Of a DNA stretch of 64,000 nt, positions 11,493 to 21,900 are shown piece by piece (position 1 is the stretch's first letter; every line of letters starts with the position of its first letter). A model generated the notes under the pieces. That model made no database searches. It had not been told where the DNA came from and saw only the letters and a program-made list of their open reading frames with translations. Position numbers and translations under genes: made by a program. Origin of the DNA: Anthoceros angustus (lineage: Eukaryota; Plantae; Anthocerotophyta); NCBI GenBank assembly GCA_010909165.1, contig MU008195.1:518663-582662 (forward strand), in the 5' to 3' direction.

Positions 11493-13208
11493 ATGGCTTG
11501 CATTCATGCGCTGCGAAGGAGCTTTGGTCGGGAATGGAGACGAAGGATATTTGCAAACCGAAATGTGGAGACCATGGCAGATCTGCTGCCGGCATGTCCT
11601 TACTTTCCGGCCACCATTTTCACATTGCTGAATTCGGATCACACCGTTCCTGCTTACCAGAGATGTGATCGCACAGCAATCCGTGGCCCCCGCTTCACAG
11701 GGGAAGTCCAGGAGGAGCTCGGAGGGAAGCGTGTGAGCTCCAAGCCCCGGGCCCTTCTCTGCCAAACAGCGGGGTTTCTGTCGGGAGTCAGAAGCAGGGG
11801 CCCGGATGGAGGGGGAGGCACTGCAGGAGCTCCAACTTTTGATGCCCCCAAGGACGATATAAGGTGCATCGGCAAGTACCGGCTTGGAGGTGTGCTGGGG
11901 ACTGGAGGATTTGCCATAGTGAGGAAGGCAGTGAACACGGAGACCGGGCAGGTTGTGGCCATCAAGTGTCTGTTCAAACCGAGGCTGATGCGCCAATTGG
12001 AAAACTGGAAGTCGGAAATTGCGAGGGAAATCCATGCCATGATGAGGATCAAGCATCCCAACGTGGTCAGGCTGCTGGACGTCTCAGCCAGCAAAACCTG
12101 GATATACCTGGTGATGGAGTTCATGGGCGGGGGAACCCTGTTTGAGACAATTGTGAACGCAAAGAAGCTGGAGGAAGACGTTGCAAGAAAGTATTTCCAG
12201 CAACTGCTTGATGCTTTGAACTACTGCCACACTAAGGGTGTCTGTCACAGGGATTTGAAGCCCGAAAATCTGCTTCTGGATTCCAAGAACCAGTTGAAGG
12301 TGGCGGATTTCGGGCTCGCTGCGCTTGGAGTCGCAGACATGTTCACTGAGGAGTCCGGGACCTACGAGCCAGTTGTAGGCCGCTCCATTGTGGGAACACC
12401 GTGTTACATGGCTCCAGAGGTTCTCACCCAAGACAAACAGAAATGGCCGGGATATCTCGGCCCACCCGCAGATGTGTATTCTTGTGGGATCATTCTCTTC
12501 TGCATGCTCGCAGGATTCCCGCCCATTGATGCTGATTGCCGGCGATTGGAATTCATCAGAAGGGTTCAGAGAACAAACTTCAGCAGGTACCCGTACCCGC
12601 CAGACTTCTCTGCCCCCGTGAAGGAGCTGCTGGCCGCCATGCTGAATCCCAAGCCGAAGAGCCGCCCTACAATCCAGCAGCTTTACAGCAAGCCGTGGGT
12701 GGCGGTGGGCTATACTCCGCCAGATCTCATGCACGTCGACTATGTGGACGCGAGCTTGGAGAAAGTCGAGGCAGCCTTTAGGGGTCCTGCGCCACCGGCT
12801 GAGGAGGAAGAAAGGACACTGAATGCGTTTGAAATCATCGCCAAGGCGGGCGGGATGGACCTTTCTCCCCTGTTTGGGGAGTCCAGGTCGCAGGTGGAAA
12901 CCAGGTACACCAGCCCTTACGCCGCTGTGCAGACGGTGCAAATCTTTGCCAGCAGCTTCAGGCAGCTCAGATATTGCAAGGTCCAAGTGCGGGGACATCA
13001 GTTGCTCATAACGGTGGAAGGTGCTCCTCGAGGCGGCCTGGGCGCGCTTTCCGTCTTGGTCGATGTGCTGCGGGTGACGCCCAGATCCAGCGTTGCCGAA
13101 CTGAGAAAACTCTCAGGCGACACTGCCGTATATTACGAAGTAATAGGTCACCTGAATCGTTCAATGGCTTCCCACTTCCCTACAGTGCAGGAGAAGAAGT
13201 CAGGATAG
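11493..13208 (+). CDS. CIPK: CBL-interacting protein kinase (SnRK3/CIPK-like), single exon; start at 11493 or 11574 (ACCATGG)
   Basis: Uninterrupted ORF with LGTGGF, VAIK, HRDLKPENLLL, DFG and GTPCYMAPE, plus NAF/FISL motif TLNAFEIIAKAGGMDLSPLF and PPI-like TRYTS. Confidence 0.92.
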   Translation: MACIHALRRSFGREWRRRIFANRNVETMADLLPACPYFPATIFTLLNSDHTVPAYQRCDRTAIRGPRFTGEVQEELGGKRVSSKPRALLCQTAGFLSGVRSRGPDGGGGTAGAPTFDAPKDDIRCIGKYRLGGVLGTGGFAIVRKAVNTETGQVVAIKCLFKPRLMRQLENWKSEIAREIHAMMRIKHPNVVRLLDVSASKTWIYLVMEFMGGGTLFETIVNAKKLEEDVARKYFQQLLDALNYCHTKGVCHRDLKPENLLLDSKNQLKVADFGLAALGVADMFTEESGTYEPVVGRSIVGTPCYMAPEVLTQDKQKWPGYLGPPADVYSCGIILFCMLAGFPPIDADCRRLEFIRRVQRTNFSRYPYPPDFSAPVKELLAAMLNPKPKSRPTIQQLYSKPWVAVGYTPPDLMHVDYVDASLEKVEAAFRGPAPPAEEEERTLNAFEIIAKAGGMDLSPLFGESRSQVETRYTSPYAAVQTVQIFASSFRQLRYCKVQVRGHQLLITVEGAPRGGLGALSVLVDVLRVTPRSSVAELRKLSGDTAVYYEVIGHLNRSMASHFPTVQEKKSG

Positions 13209-14142
13209 GATGGCATGTGATATATATCTCATCCAGCAGGTCTCACACAGGGGAAACCAGCGTGCACAGGACGGAGCACAGCTTGAATGCTTTGCTAGTA
13301 GACCGAAGACACCGAATGAAGTATTGAGGGAGGATAGCGAGGACAGCTTGGCTGTCCTTGACAGATTTCCGTCTGCAGCATGAACCTTTCGGGGGATGCC
13401 ACGCTCCAGATGTTATAACCCATGTGTAGTCGGCAACAGTTTCCCAAACAGCTTGATGTTGATGTCATTTTGGATGTTGCACGATGCGAATAGGCTCTTG
13501 ACATATCTACATCACAAGCAAGAAAGGATCGAGACCTTATTGGTGTTCTTTGGAGGTTTCAGGCGTGACCTCCCAACACACTGCTTTACCTAATACTTTG
13601 TGGAGCAAGAGTTGTAGCTTATGGATTCACAAGGATGGGTGAACCGGTGCATCAAAGATACAAGACAAAGAAAGACTGTTTTCATATAGTTTACTCCCGA
13701 GCCCACTCCCGAGTCCCATATCAGAAGCAGCTTGAAGAGGGTAGTCACTGCACAAAAGCACAAGGGATAAGGAGGCACATGAGACCATAAATCAGCAGAG
13801 CTGCCATCTTAGATTGCAGCCAAGAGATTAAGCAAAGTGCTTGACACTTCAAACTCACACGAGCAGCAGAGCAGATCGTCGCAACACTACCTTCGGTTAT
13901 GACAGCCATGGCGCAGAAACTGCCATCTCGAAGGTGCCTGCATCTTCAACGCTCATGACGGCAGCTGCCTGAGGCGCCCTGTGCGCAGATCAGAAGAAGC
14001 TACCAATCTGCCGCAACTGCCAGCTGGCCGGTGAAACTCATGCATGGCCATGCCTTAGTGACATAACCTTATGTGGCTCCATAACCTTAGGTTGCACCAG
14101 CTTCATTAAAATGAGCATGACTGCTAGTTGTGACCATGGATA

Positions 14143-16380
14143 TCAGCAACTCCCTGAATCTGAAGTCGTCTCCAGCTGTGAGATCAATCCTTGCTTCTTC
14201 AGACCTGAGTTGAGTTCTTTGAGCAAGCCATGGAGGACGAGGTGCTGCTGTTGGTGTCCGCCCACCAGGAATGTGTGCACCTCCTGCTTGTGCTCGATCC
14301 AGCTCTGCCCAGGCTTCCTCCTTGCACCTGCCTGCTGTCTGGACTGGTTGATCTGATTTGCTGGCTCCCAGAGTCCAGCATCTGCATAGATGTTCCACAT
14401 GAGCACATAGGCTGCACCTCCTTCTGGGTCCGAGGCCGCAGCACACTGGAAGAAGAGCTCTGCCAGGCCCACGTTGCCGTGCTTTCGGCAGGCAGCCAGT
14501 AGGGACAGCCATACTGGTAGAGTGGGCTGCATTGGCATGTGGGTGAGCAGATGTTGAGCCTTGCTGAAGAGTCCTGCTCGGGCCACAAGGTCAATTATGC
14601 AGATGTAGTGCTCCAGTTCAGGAGGGATGCCATAGTCGGTGGCCATGCTGCTGAAGTAGCCAAGTCCTTGCTCTACCATGCCCGCATGGCTGCAGGCTGA
14701 GAGCAGTGCCGTAAAGGTGACTCTGTCTGGTTTCACACCTGCCTGACACATGTTTTGATAGCAGTGTATGGCTTTCTCGCAGGCTCCATGGTGGGCATAG
14801 CCAGCAATCAGTGCAGTCCATGACACCACGTCAGGCTGAGGTAGAGCGTCAAATACAGTTTGTGCATCCTCCATGCTCCCACATTTACCCAAGGCATGGA
14901 TTAGGCTGGTAGCCATGGTGGGACTGCAGTCAAGCCCCTGATCACGAATGCTGAGATAAGTGTGCAGACAGGTAGCCAAAGCCCCTGTATTGCCACATGC
15001 TTCCAGGACAGAGAGGAATGTAGCTTCATCAGATGTCATGCCGCCCGCTCGCATCTGTGCATAAAGTTGCAGAGCTTTCTCTCCTTGACCGTGTTGGCTA
15101 TATGCCGCAATCAGCGTGTTCCATGCCACCACATCTCGGTGAGATAGTTTATCAAACACCTGTTGTGCATCCTTAAGACTCCCGCATCTCGTGTAGACAC
15201 TGACCAGGCTGTTTGCAACAAGCAGATGTGATTCCAGGCCCCGCTTAGCCGCATCAGCATGTATTGCTTTCCCCAAACGTAGCGGCTCCGATAGCCCAGG
15301 AATATCCTGCTCACCAGCTGCTTGCTGCTCTGCAATAATGCCACAGGCTTGAAGAGCACTAACAAGAGTCCACGCATCAGGTCTGACACCTGCCGCTTTC
15401 ATTTGCGCATATACTTGCAACGCCATTTCTGCTTGCCCCTGCTGTGCATAGGCTGTGATCATGGCAGTCCAGGACACAACATCTTGGTGTGACGACATGT
15501 CAAACACGCATCGAGCATCCCTGATGCTCCCACATCTACCATACACACAGACCAAAGCACTGAGGAGAAAGCCATTCAAGGCGAAACCCCTTGCAACAGC
15601 CTCTGCATGTATTTCCTTCCCTTTCACCAGAGCCTCCACTTTTACACTCTGCCCATGCACAACCGCACTTTCCTCCTCCTCTGCAAGCTTGCCACAAGCC
15701 TGAAGAGCACTCACAATAGTCCAGCCATCTGGCCTGATCCCCTCCTCCTGCATCCGCCGATACACACGCAAGGCCATTTCTCCCAGGCCTTGTTCAGCAT
15801 ATGCAGCTACCATCGTCGTCCACGACACCACATTGCGGTGTGAAAGCCGGTCAAACACATCCCGGGCATGCTCAATGCTCCCACACTTTGCATACATGCT
15901 AACCAACGTGCTTCCGACGAACACATCGGATTCAAGCCCAAGTCTGAGAGCATCAGCATGAATCTGCTTCCCACCCTCGAGATCCCCCACCTTGCTGCAC
16001 GCTTTGAGGAGGCTCACAAAAGTATACTTGTCAGGCAGCACCCCTTCCCGCAGCATTTCTCCATACCACCACAGCGCCTCCCGGCATTGCCCAGCATTGC
16101 CATACCCTGAAATGATGGCTGTCCAAGAGAAAACTGTCCGCTCCGACAACCTTTGAAACACACAAAGCCCATCCGCAAGACTCCCACACTTAACCAGCGT
16201 GGTGACCACAAGATTGCCCAGCAATTCATCCGACTCCAACCCACGTGCTGCCAGATGGGCATGCACTCTTCTGGCACCACCCAGATCCTTCCTCTTCATG
16301 CAGGCTTGCAGCAGGCCTCTATACATTTGCACCGAAGGCAAACACCCCTCTTTATCCAGGGCCTGGAGCTGCAGGGCCAT
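14143..16380 (-). CDS. PLS-class pentatricopeptide repeat protein with E/E+ end, no DYW domain (~745 aa from first ATG)
   Basis: Repeated VVSWTAMI/LVSMYAKCG/PDxxTFVSLLKAC motifs, E region (PTLPVWLSLLAAC, AAYVLMWNIYADAG) and PG box KPGQSWIE; stop before any HSE motif. The listed ORF start at 16497 is GTG; the first ATG is at 16380. Confidence 0.93.
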   Translation of the reverse strand: MALQLQALDKEGCLPSVQMYRGLLQACMKRKDLGGARRVHAHLAARGLESDELLGNLVVTTLVKCGSLADGLCVFQRLSERTVFSWTAIISGYGNAGQCREALWWYGEMLREGVLPDKYTFVSLLKACSKVGDLEGGKQIHADALRLGLESDVFVGSTLVSMYAKCGSIEHARDVFDRLSHRNVVSWTTMVAAYAEQGLGEMALRVYRRMQEEGIRPDGWTIVSALQACGKLAEEEESAVVHGQSVKVEALVKGKEIHAEAVARGFALNGFLLSALVCVYGRCGSIRDARCVFDMSSHQDVVSWTAMITAYAQQGQAEMALQVYAQMKAAGVRPDAWTLVSALQACGIIAEQQAAGEQDIPGLSEPLRLGKAIHADAAKRGLESHLLVANSLVSVYTRCGSLKDAQQVFDKLSHRDVVAWNTLIAAYSQHGQGEKALQLYAQMRAGGMTSDEATFLSVLEACGNTGALATCLHTYLSIRDQGLDCSPTMATSLIHALGKCGSMEDAQTVFDALPQPDVVSWTALIAGYAHHGACEKAIHCYQNMCQAGVKPDRVTFTALLSACSHAGMVEQGLGYFSSMATDYGIPPELEHYICIIDLVARAGLFSKAQHLLTHMPMQPTLPVWLSLLAACRKHGNVGLAELFFQCAAASDPEGGAAYVLMWNIYADAGLWEPANQINQSRQQAGARRKPGQSWIEHKQEVHTFLVGGHQQQHLVLHGLLKELNSGLKKQGLISQLETTSDSGSC

Positions 16381-17068
16381 GTCAACCCCTCCATTCTTCC
16401 TACCCACGCACTCAACATGCACCCTGCACAAACCAGCAACCCAACAACGGGAATCTCTCTCAAACCAGAAATCCCAGAAGCATAAATCCCACGTCACTAA
16501 CGCAAGGCATCACACACACACAGAAACAGGCAGATTAACTACCTTTCATAGCCAGAAACCAAAATCGGACGAAGACCCACTTGGTGTTCAGCTGTGAAGA
16601 GTCAGAATCCAATATTGCAATGGAAACAGTAGGATTTGCCGCAGCCAGACCCCTCCTCAGCAACATCATCTCCTTGAAAGCTTGGACCTGCCTGTCCATC
16701 AGGCAGGTGTTTGCCACGTTCGACACTTCCCGCAAACACCTGCCCCATGAAGGCTGGTCCATGTCCCACCACCAATCCCCCGATTCGGCAACAGCATCCC
16801 AGCCGGGCCCCGGCTGCATCACATGTTTGGATGAGGTCCGATCCGGATCTCCACCCTGGTCCAAAAAAAGATCTAGTGTACCCAGCACCGGTTCACACCA
16901 CAGAAAGATGTCTGTCGTCGCCTTCCACGACCCGGCTCCTTTTCCGTCCTTTAGAATATGCACGGTTCAAAAATTCGTGCACCGCTTCCTGCTGTGGAGC
17001 TCGCTTCACCCGGGCCAGGAGGTTTCGACGGAGCGTGAATTCCAGCATTGATTAAGCGCGGCCCGTGG

Positions 17069-18907
17069 ATGGGTGGCCAAGGCCAGAACTCCACCAATCG
17101 GAGCGTGAAGCTGGAGCCAGCCCCGCGCGGGCACGGAGTGGGCATGGGCAGGGTTTGGCCGCAGCAACGCCGCCAGCTTGAAGCAGGATCGGCAGGAAGC
17201 AGCCATGGCCGGCAGAAGCAGCAGCAGCAGCAGCTGCAGAAGCATATGCAGAAGCAGGAACAGAGAACTTTCCTCCACGCCTTCCTCTCGGGGCTGCTCG
17301 GCTCTGTGACGCAGAATGTGGTATCCTCTTGGAAGCAGCTGTGCGCAGAGGAAGGTCAGGGAACGACGGCGGCTCAAAACCTCAGCCTGCTGGCTGCCCA
17401 CAGGCCCCTGGTGCTTCTGGCTTTCAAGAACGCGTCTTCCTCTGATGTTGGTGCGGTGAAGCCTGCTTCTGCTGGATCTGCAGCCGCCAGCAGCGAGGCT
17501 GTGGCGGACTCCGGGGTAGATGAGGTGGTGGATTTCTCGGGGTTTGGACCAGCCTTCATCGGGCAGGTGTTTACCATGTGTGATACCTCGCGGAGGGGCC
17601 TGATTGCGGTGCGGGCGGACTCCTTCAGATCGTCCCTGCCTTCCTTCGTGCCCTCGTTTGTGTCTGATTTGTCACTGGGTTGGGTACGCAAGGCGCTAGG
17701 CCACATTTTCAAGGACGACGCCGACGGCCCCGTCTTCCGCTTCTACTTCGACAAGGATGAGGCAGCCGCGTATGTGAAAAGGTTGAATTTGAATGGGAGC
17801 ACGGTAGGCTCTTGCCCTCTGGATGCTGCCTACAGGTACTTCAAAGGGAAGCCTCCAATGTTTAGATTTGTGCCAGACAAGAAGCAGGTTAAGGCAGCCA
17901 AGGAGTTGCTGAGGAAGGAGCAGGGGAAGAGAGCGGCCAAGTCGTTTAAGGGAGTGCCTGTGTTCACAGCAAGGAATCTGACCATTGCTATGTCGACGCC
18001 AGGGGGTGTTAGGTGGTTCACACCCTACTTCTTCGATAAGAAGCAGGTTGACAACCTGGTGGGACATTCGGTGGATCACTACTATCAGATGTTAATTTAT
18101 GCACGTCACCTGCAACGCCATAGTCAGGTTGATGTGGACTTTCCGGGGGAAGTGGCTGAGGATGACCCCGATGGCCTTTTAGACCCCATGGAAGTGCAGG
18201 AGTTTATGGAGGAAATGGGGCAGGGTGCAGCTGGGTTGGAGTCCGCCATCGTCAAGGCGGCCGAGGTTTACTTCCAGGACCTGCTGGACGTTGTGCTTCT
18301 GGGAAACAAGTGGAGCCGGAACCTTGCTGGACTCCAGCCCAGCTTCCCTGTAGTTGTAGACTCGTTTGAAAGGAGAGCAGCTGCAGCGGAGACTGAAGCT
18401 GCTAATGCCAGTATCGAGGATGGAGCTGCCGTTGAAGACGACTGCAGGCCAAGGAGTTCTGGTCGTGGGGAGGACAGCAGTGTGTCTGGAATGGATGCTG
18501 ATGCTGGTAGGCAGGAAAGTGGATGGAATGGCCGAGATTCTGGGAAAAGGCCCTTTCGATCCTTTGGTAAGAATTGGGGATTCAATCTGGATGGCGTGAT
18601 GAAGAGGAAGAATGGGGAGGATTTGGATCTGCAGGGCACAAAGTCTGCGACATCCTCCAGCAGGAGTGGGCCCAAGGATGCTGATTCAGAGCAATCTTCT
18701 TCCATGGACCATGGTTTCCAACCTAAGTTAACAATGATGGGGATTGCCATGAACGGGCCCGTGAATGATTTAGACAAGGCAATGGCTGGAGCAGCCAAGG
18801 ACATAGAGGATAGGATTCGAAAGGGTGAGGGATCAGGGAAGGAGCACCGCCCTCTCTTCATCGCAGACTTAGGAGGTCCCCTGAACTTTGAAACGACAAG
18901 CAGCTAG
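17069..18907 (+). CDS. Tic22-like family protein (resembles Arabidopsis At5g62650), single exon, ~612 aa
   Basis: FGPAFIGQVFTMCD, GPVFRFY, GVPVFTARNLTIA, WFTPYFFDK, LLGNKW, FPVVVDSFERR, PKLTMMGI and PLFIADLG match that family as recalled from memory. First ATG is at 17069. Confidence 0.8.
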   Translation: MGGQGQNSTNRSVKLEPAPRGHGVGMGRVWPQQRRQLEAGSAGSSHGRQKQQQQQLQKHMQKQEQRTFLHAFLSGLLGSVTQNVVSSWKQLCAEEGQGTTAAQNLSLLAAHRPLVLLAFKNASSSDVGAVKPASAGSAAASSEAVADSGVDEVVDFSGFGPAFIGQVFTMCDTSRRGLIAVRADSFRSSLPSFVPSFVSDLSLGWVRKALGHIFKDDADGPVFRFYFDKDEAAAYVKRLNLNGSTVGSCPLDAAYRYFKGKPPMFRFVPDKKQVKAAKELLRKEQGKRAAKSFKGVPVFTARNLTIAMSTPGGVRWFTPYFFDKKQVDNLVGHSVDHYYQMLIYARHLQRHSQVDVDFPGEVAEDDPDGLLDPMEVQEFMEEMGQGAAGLESAIVKAAEVYFQDLLDVVLLGNKWSRNLAGLQPSFPVVVDSFERRAAAAETEAANASIEDGAAVEDDCRPRSSGRGEDSSVSGMDADAGRQESGWNGRDSGKRPFRSFGKNWGFNLDGVMKRKNGEDLDLQGTKSATSSSRSGPKDADSEQSSSMDHGFQPKLTMMGIAMNGPVNDLDKAMAGAAKDIEDRIRKGEGSGKEHRPLFIADLGGPLNFETTSS

Positions 18908-21900
18908 GGTGTTTCATATGTGTCCAGAGTATCAACGAAGTTCACGTGCCTCATACAAGAACGTGCTTATGTAGCTGGTTGCTGTACTCGCACCAACGTA
19001 CAAGTGCTACGGTGGAGGTTGTTGCAACGGAATGGTGTGCAAGGGATGCATGTGCAAGGGTTTGCCTAGCTATCTCCTCCTTGTAGCTTGGACATAACTG
19101 CCACATATGTCTTAACCCGGGTTGCTCCCTTTGCAGGGGTCACATGTATCCAGGTTGACCTAGGAACTTCATTTAATGTCAAGAAGGGAAGAAACTTCTT
19201 GTAGCCTTGCAGTTGGATTCCAATGAAGCAATATCAGGAGGATGGAGGATGTCGGTAGACACCAGCTGCGTCAACGGGGCAGATTCTTCCGGAGGCTCAC
19301 AGACATCCATCAAAGGTTCCGACTAGCTGCACATGATAACTAAGATGTCTTGAGCTGCCTGCTGTCACCTAGTACGCTGTTTTCGTGGCTAGCGACTACA
19401 AGCCAAGGAGCCTTCTGCATGTCAGTAGTACCATATTCTGTCGGAAGGACGTTTCCAGTGGCAGGAAGGAACTGACCGTTCTCTCCAGGGTTCGGAGCCC
19501 TAATCTGTACAGTCTGAATGTTTCTTTGATCTTTGAAACGGCAACGACCCCTCATGTATCAACATCCTCTTGTGATTGCTGGAAGCCGACTGTTTTACTC
19601 CAAACTGGGGCTGGGCGTCGAGATACTAGTAAGCTGTAGCCCCAAATTGTCAAATTGCATCTAATTTGTGAATAGGCAAAAGAAACATTGTTCCTTGGGT
19701 CTCCAACCTATTTTCTGCTCTAAATCTTAACTTGGGTGCAGGTAGAAACTTGTTGGTTTTGTTGCGAGCAGTGGTTTGGATGACCTTGCCAATGGCTAGT
19801 AAGACCCTTGAAGCCCAACTTGAGCTTGTGTTGCAGCAAAGGTGACCTTGGATTTTGCTGCTGCAGCCAAGGTGACCTTGGATTTTGCTGCTGCAGCCAA
19901 GGTGACCTTGGATTTTGCTGATGTTGCCATACGCGGACACCTTCATAAATCCTCATGACAGGGTCGGTTCCACTACTCCTGATGCCAATTTGAAACACCC
20001 ATGTGTAGCACTGGTGGCCCTGTCGTTACTGCGAGCTAGGATACAAACGAGTGAAGCCGCAATGTTGTGGGATGGGATTCCGTTGCCCTAAGGCGTTCGC
20101 GGACTGCTGGCCAAATAGACAGCATGTAGTTTAGCCCCTTCCAACTCGCTAGTCGTTCGGGGCCTATGGGAATTTCTTAGAACGTACTAATAGGTTTGCA
20201 GTCAAGGATCGGGAAGGCCTCCTCCATAAGCGAGGCGGAGGATGAACACTCATTGCGGGCTTGAGGGCTCATAGTGGCATAGTTGTCATGTGTGCATGGA
20301 CTCAAGAAGGAGGAGTGCACTCCCGTCGAGACATGATCGGGGCAAGTTAAGCACGCAATAACTCAAGAATTCAACGAGGTCCTCAATAATCGAGTGAAAA
20401 TATGTGTAGCTTAGTAGGGTAATTTTCAGATTTATTCGATTAAAAGATCCTAGAAAAGCCCGTCAATTAGGGGTCAACGCTTTGACATGGGTGATATACT
20501 TCTTGTGGTCCTCCCTTCAAGGAGTGGCATGCACTTCATGGGTGATATACTTCTTGTGGTCCTCCCTTCAAGGAGTGGCATGCACTTGGTTCACCGGAAC
20601 TCCACAGTCTTGAAAGCGTCCTTGGGACGGATCGTGGTGGGTGGCATCCATTCCTAGCTCCATGGCCTGGATTATAAATCATGCCCTTATGCGCCGCTTG
20701 TTAGTGCCCTACGGCCTACTCCATATCAAACATTAAACTTCGGTCGGGACTTGATGTACACTTTGAAATATCAATACCAAATTCTTTGCACTTTGAAATA
20801 TCTATGTAAAGTCTCCAAATTCTCTACACTTTGAAATATCTACATATAAAGTCTCCAAATTCTCTAACAAGATAAGCGTATGATCTTCATACATGACATG
20901 TTTATCCATAAGGATGGAGCAAAAGGAAAAGCTTTTAGTAGATAACTTCACTTTCACCTTCCCATATGTACTACTAACCGTGCCATTCACAAAATGATGA
21001 CTGAAGCAAGGCATTTTTGACCACGTCCAGTGATCCCTCTTTTTCGAGACGGTCTCGTTAAGTGCCGATCTAAAATAGGACCCAAGGACCACCTTTGGTC
21101 AATGAGCAGACTATACTAGACTTATGCCCGATGAATAGATGTTGATGCATTAGACATAAATTTCTTGATTCTATATGTTTCATTGAATATTTTAATATTA
21201 CTATGTCCTCTTCCAAGCTTTGTAGCGAAAGTGGTATCAAAAGCAAAGTAAAATGATTCTTATCTATTTACAAAAAGGAAAATGATATGAGAAGCAAAGA
21301 CAAAAGATGGGAACGTGAGGATGTCACTCCATGAAGTCCAATGATGCCACCAATGGGTAAATGAAGTAATACGTTTCTCAAATTTTTGGGCGAGCCATGA
21401 AGTCACATAATACCACGAATGGGTAAATGAAGTAATACATTTTCTCAATCGCTTGGGCTGAAGCTACGTGAGGATTGTGTCTTAAGGGTTAAGTAAGTGT
21501 CTTTTCTTCTTCTTCTCGTTCGTATCAAAAGGTTGAGGTATTGGTTTTAATATTTTCTTCCGACATTGAGCCACTACGTAGCATTGGGAGGCAAGTGGGA
21601 AGATCTTCCGTTAAAGTCTCACTATCTTGAGCCATCATTTAATGGTAACTATCTCTCTGGTTACGCTTGAAATTCTTTGCTTAAAACATTTGATGGTGAC
21701 TTCATCGTCCTCGCCTTAGAAATATCTCGCTATCTTGAGCCAATCTTCGCCTATCTTAGACCATTTGATGGTAACTTGGTTGCCTTGAAATTCTTTGCTT
21801 AAACTATTGGATGGTGACTCCATTGCCCTCACCTTGGAAATATTTTTATGGTCCCTTTACGATCTTGCTTATACGTGACTATAAAGCATTATTCTACAAG

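Noticed and set aside
11167-18861. Numerous overlapping and antisense ORFs over the CIPK, PPR and Tic22-like genes
   Set aside because: Shadow frames of GC-rich coding DNA with no recognisable motifs.
19620-19632. Helitron 3' end (CTAG|T on minus strand) as the array boundary
   Set aside because: Similarity to the unit continues ~35 bp past the CTAG, the next unit does not start with TC, and there is no subterminal hairpin.
20760-20870. LRR-like peptide LENLETLYVDISKC in the unit
   Set aside because: It derives from 38-40-bp DNA repeats that are not multiples of 3, and the frame stops after one repeat.
21193-21201. Geminivirus nonanucleotide TAATATTAC, present once per array unit
   Set aside because: No flanking inverted repeat to form the origin stem-loop and no Rep motifs in the unit. 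The same AT-rich 9-mer also occurs by chance at 5564.
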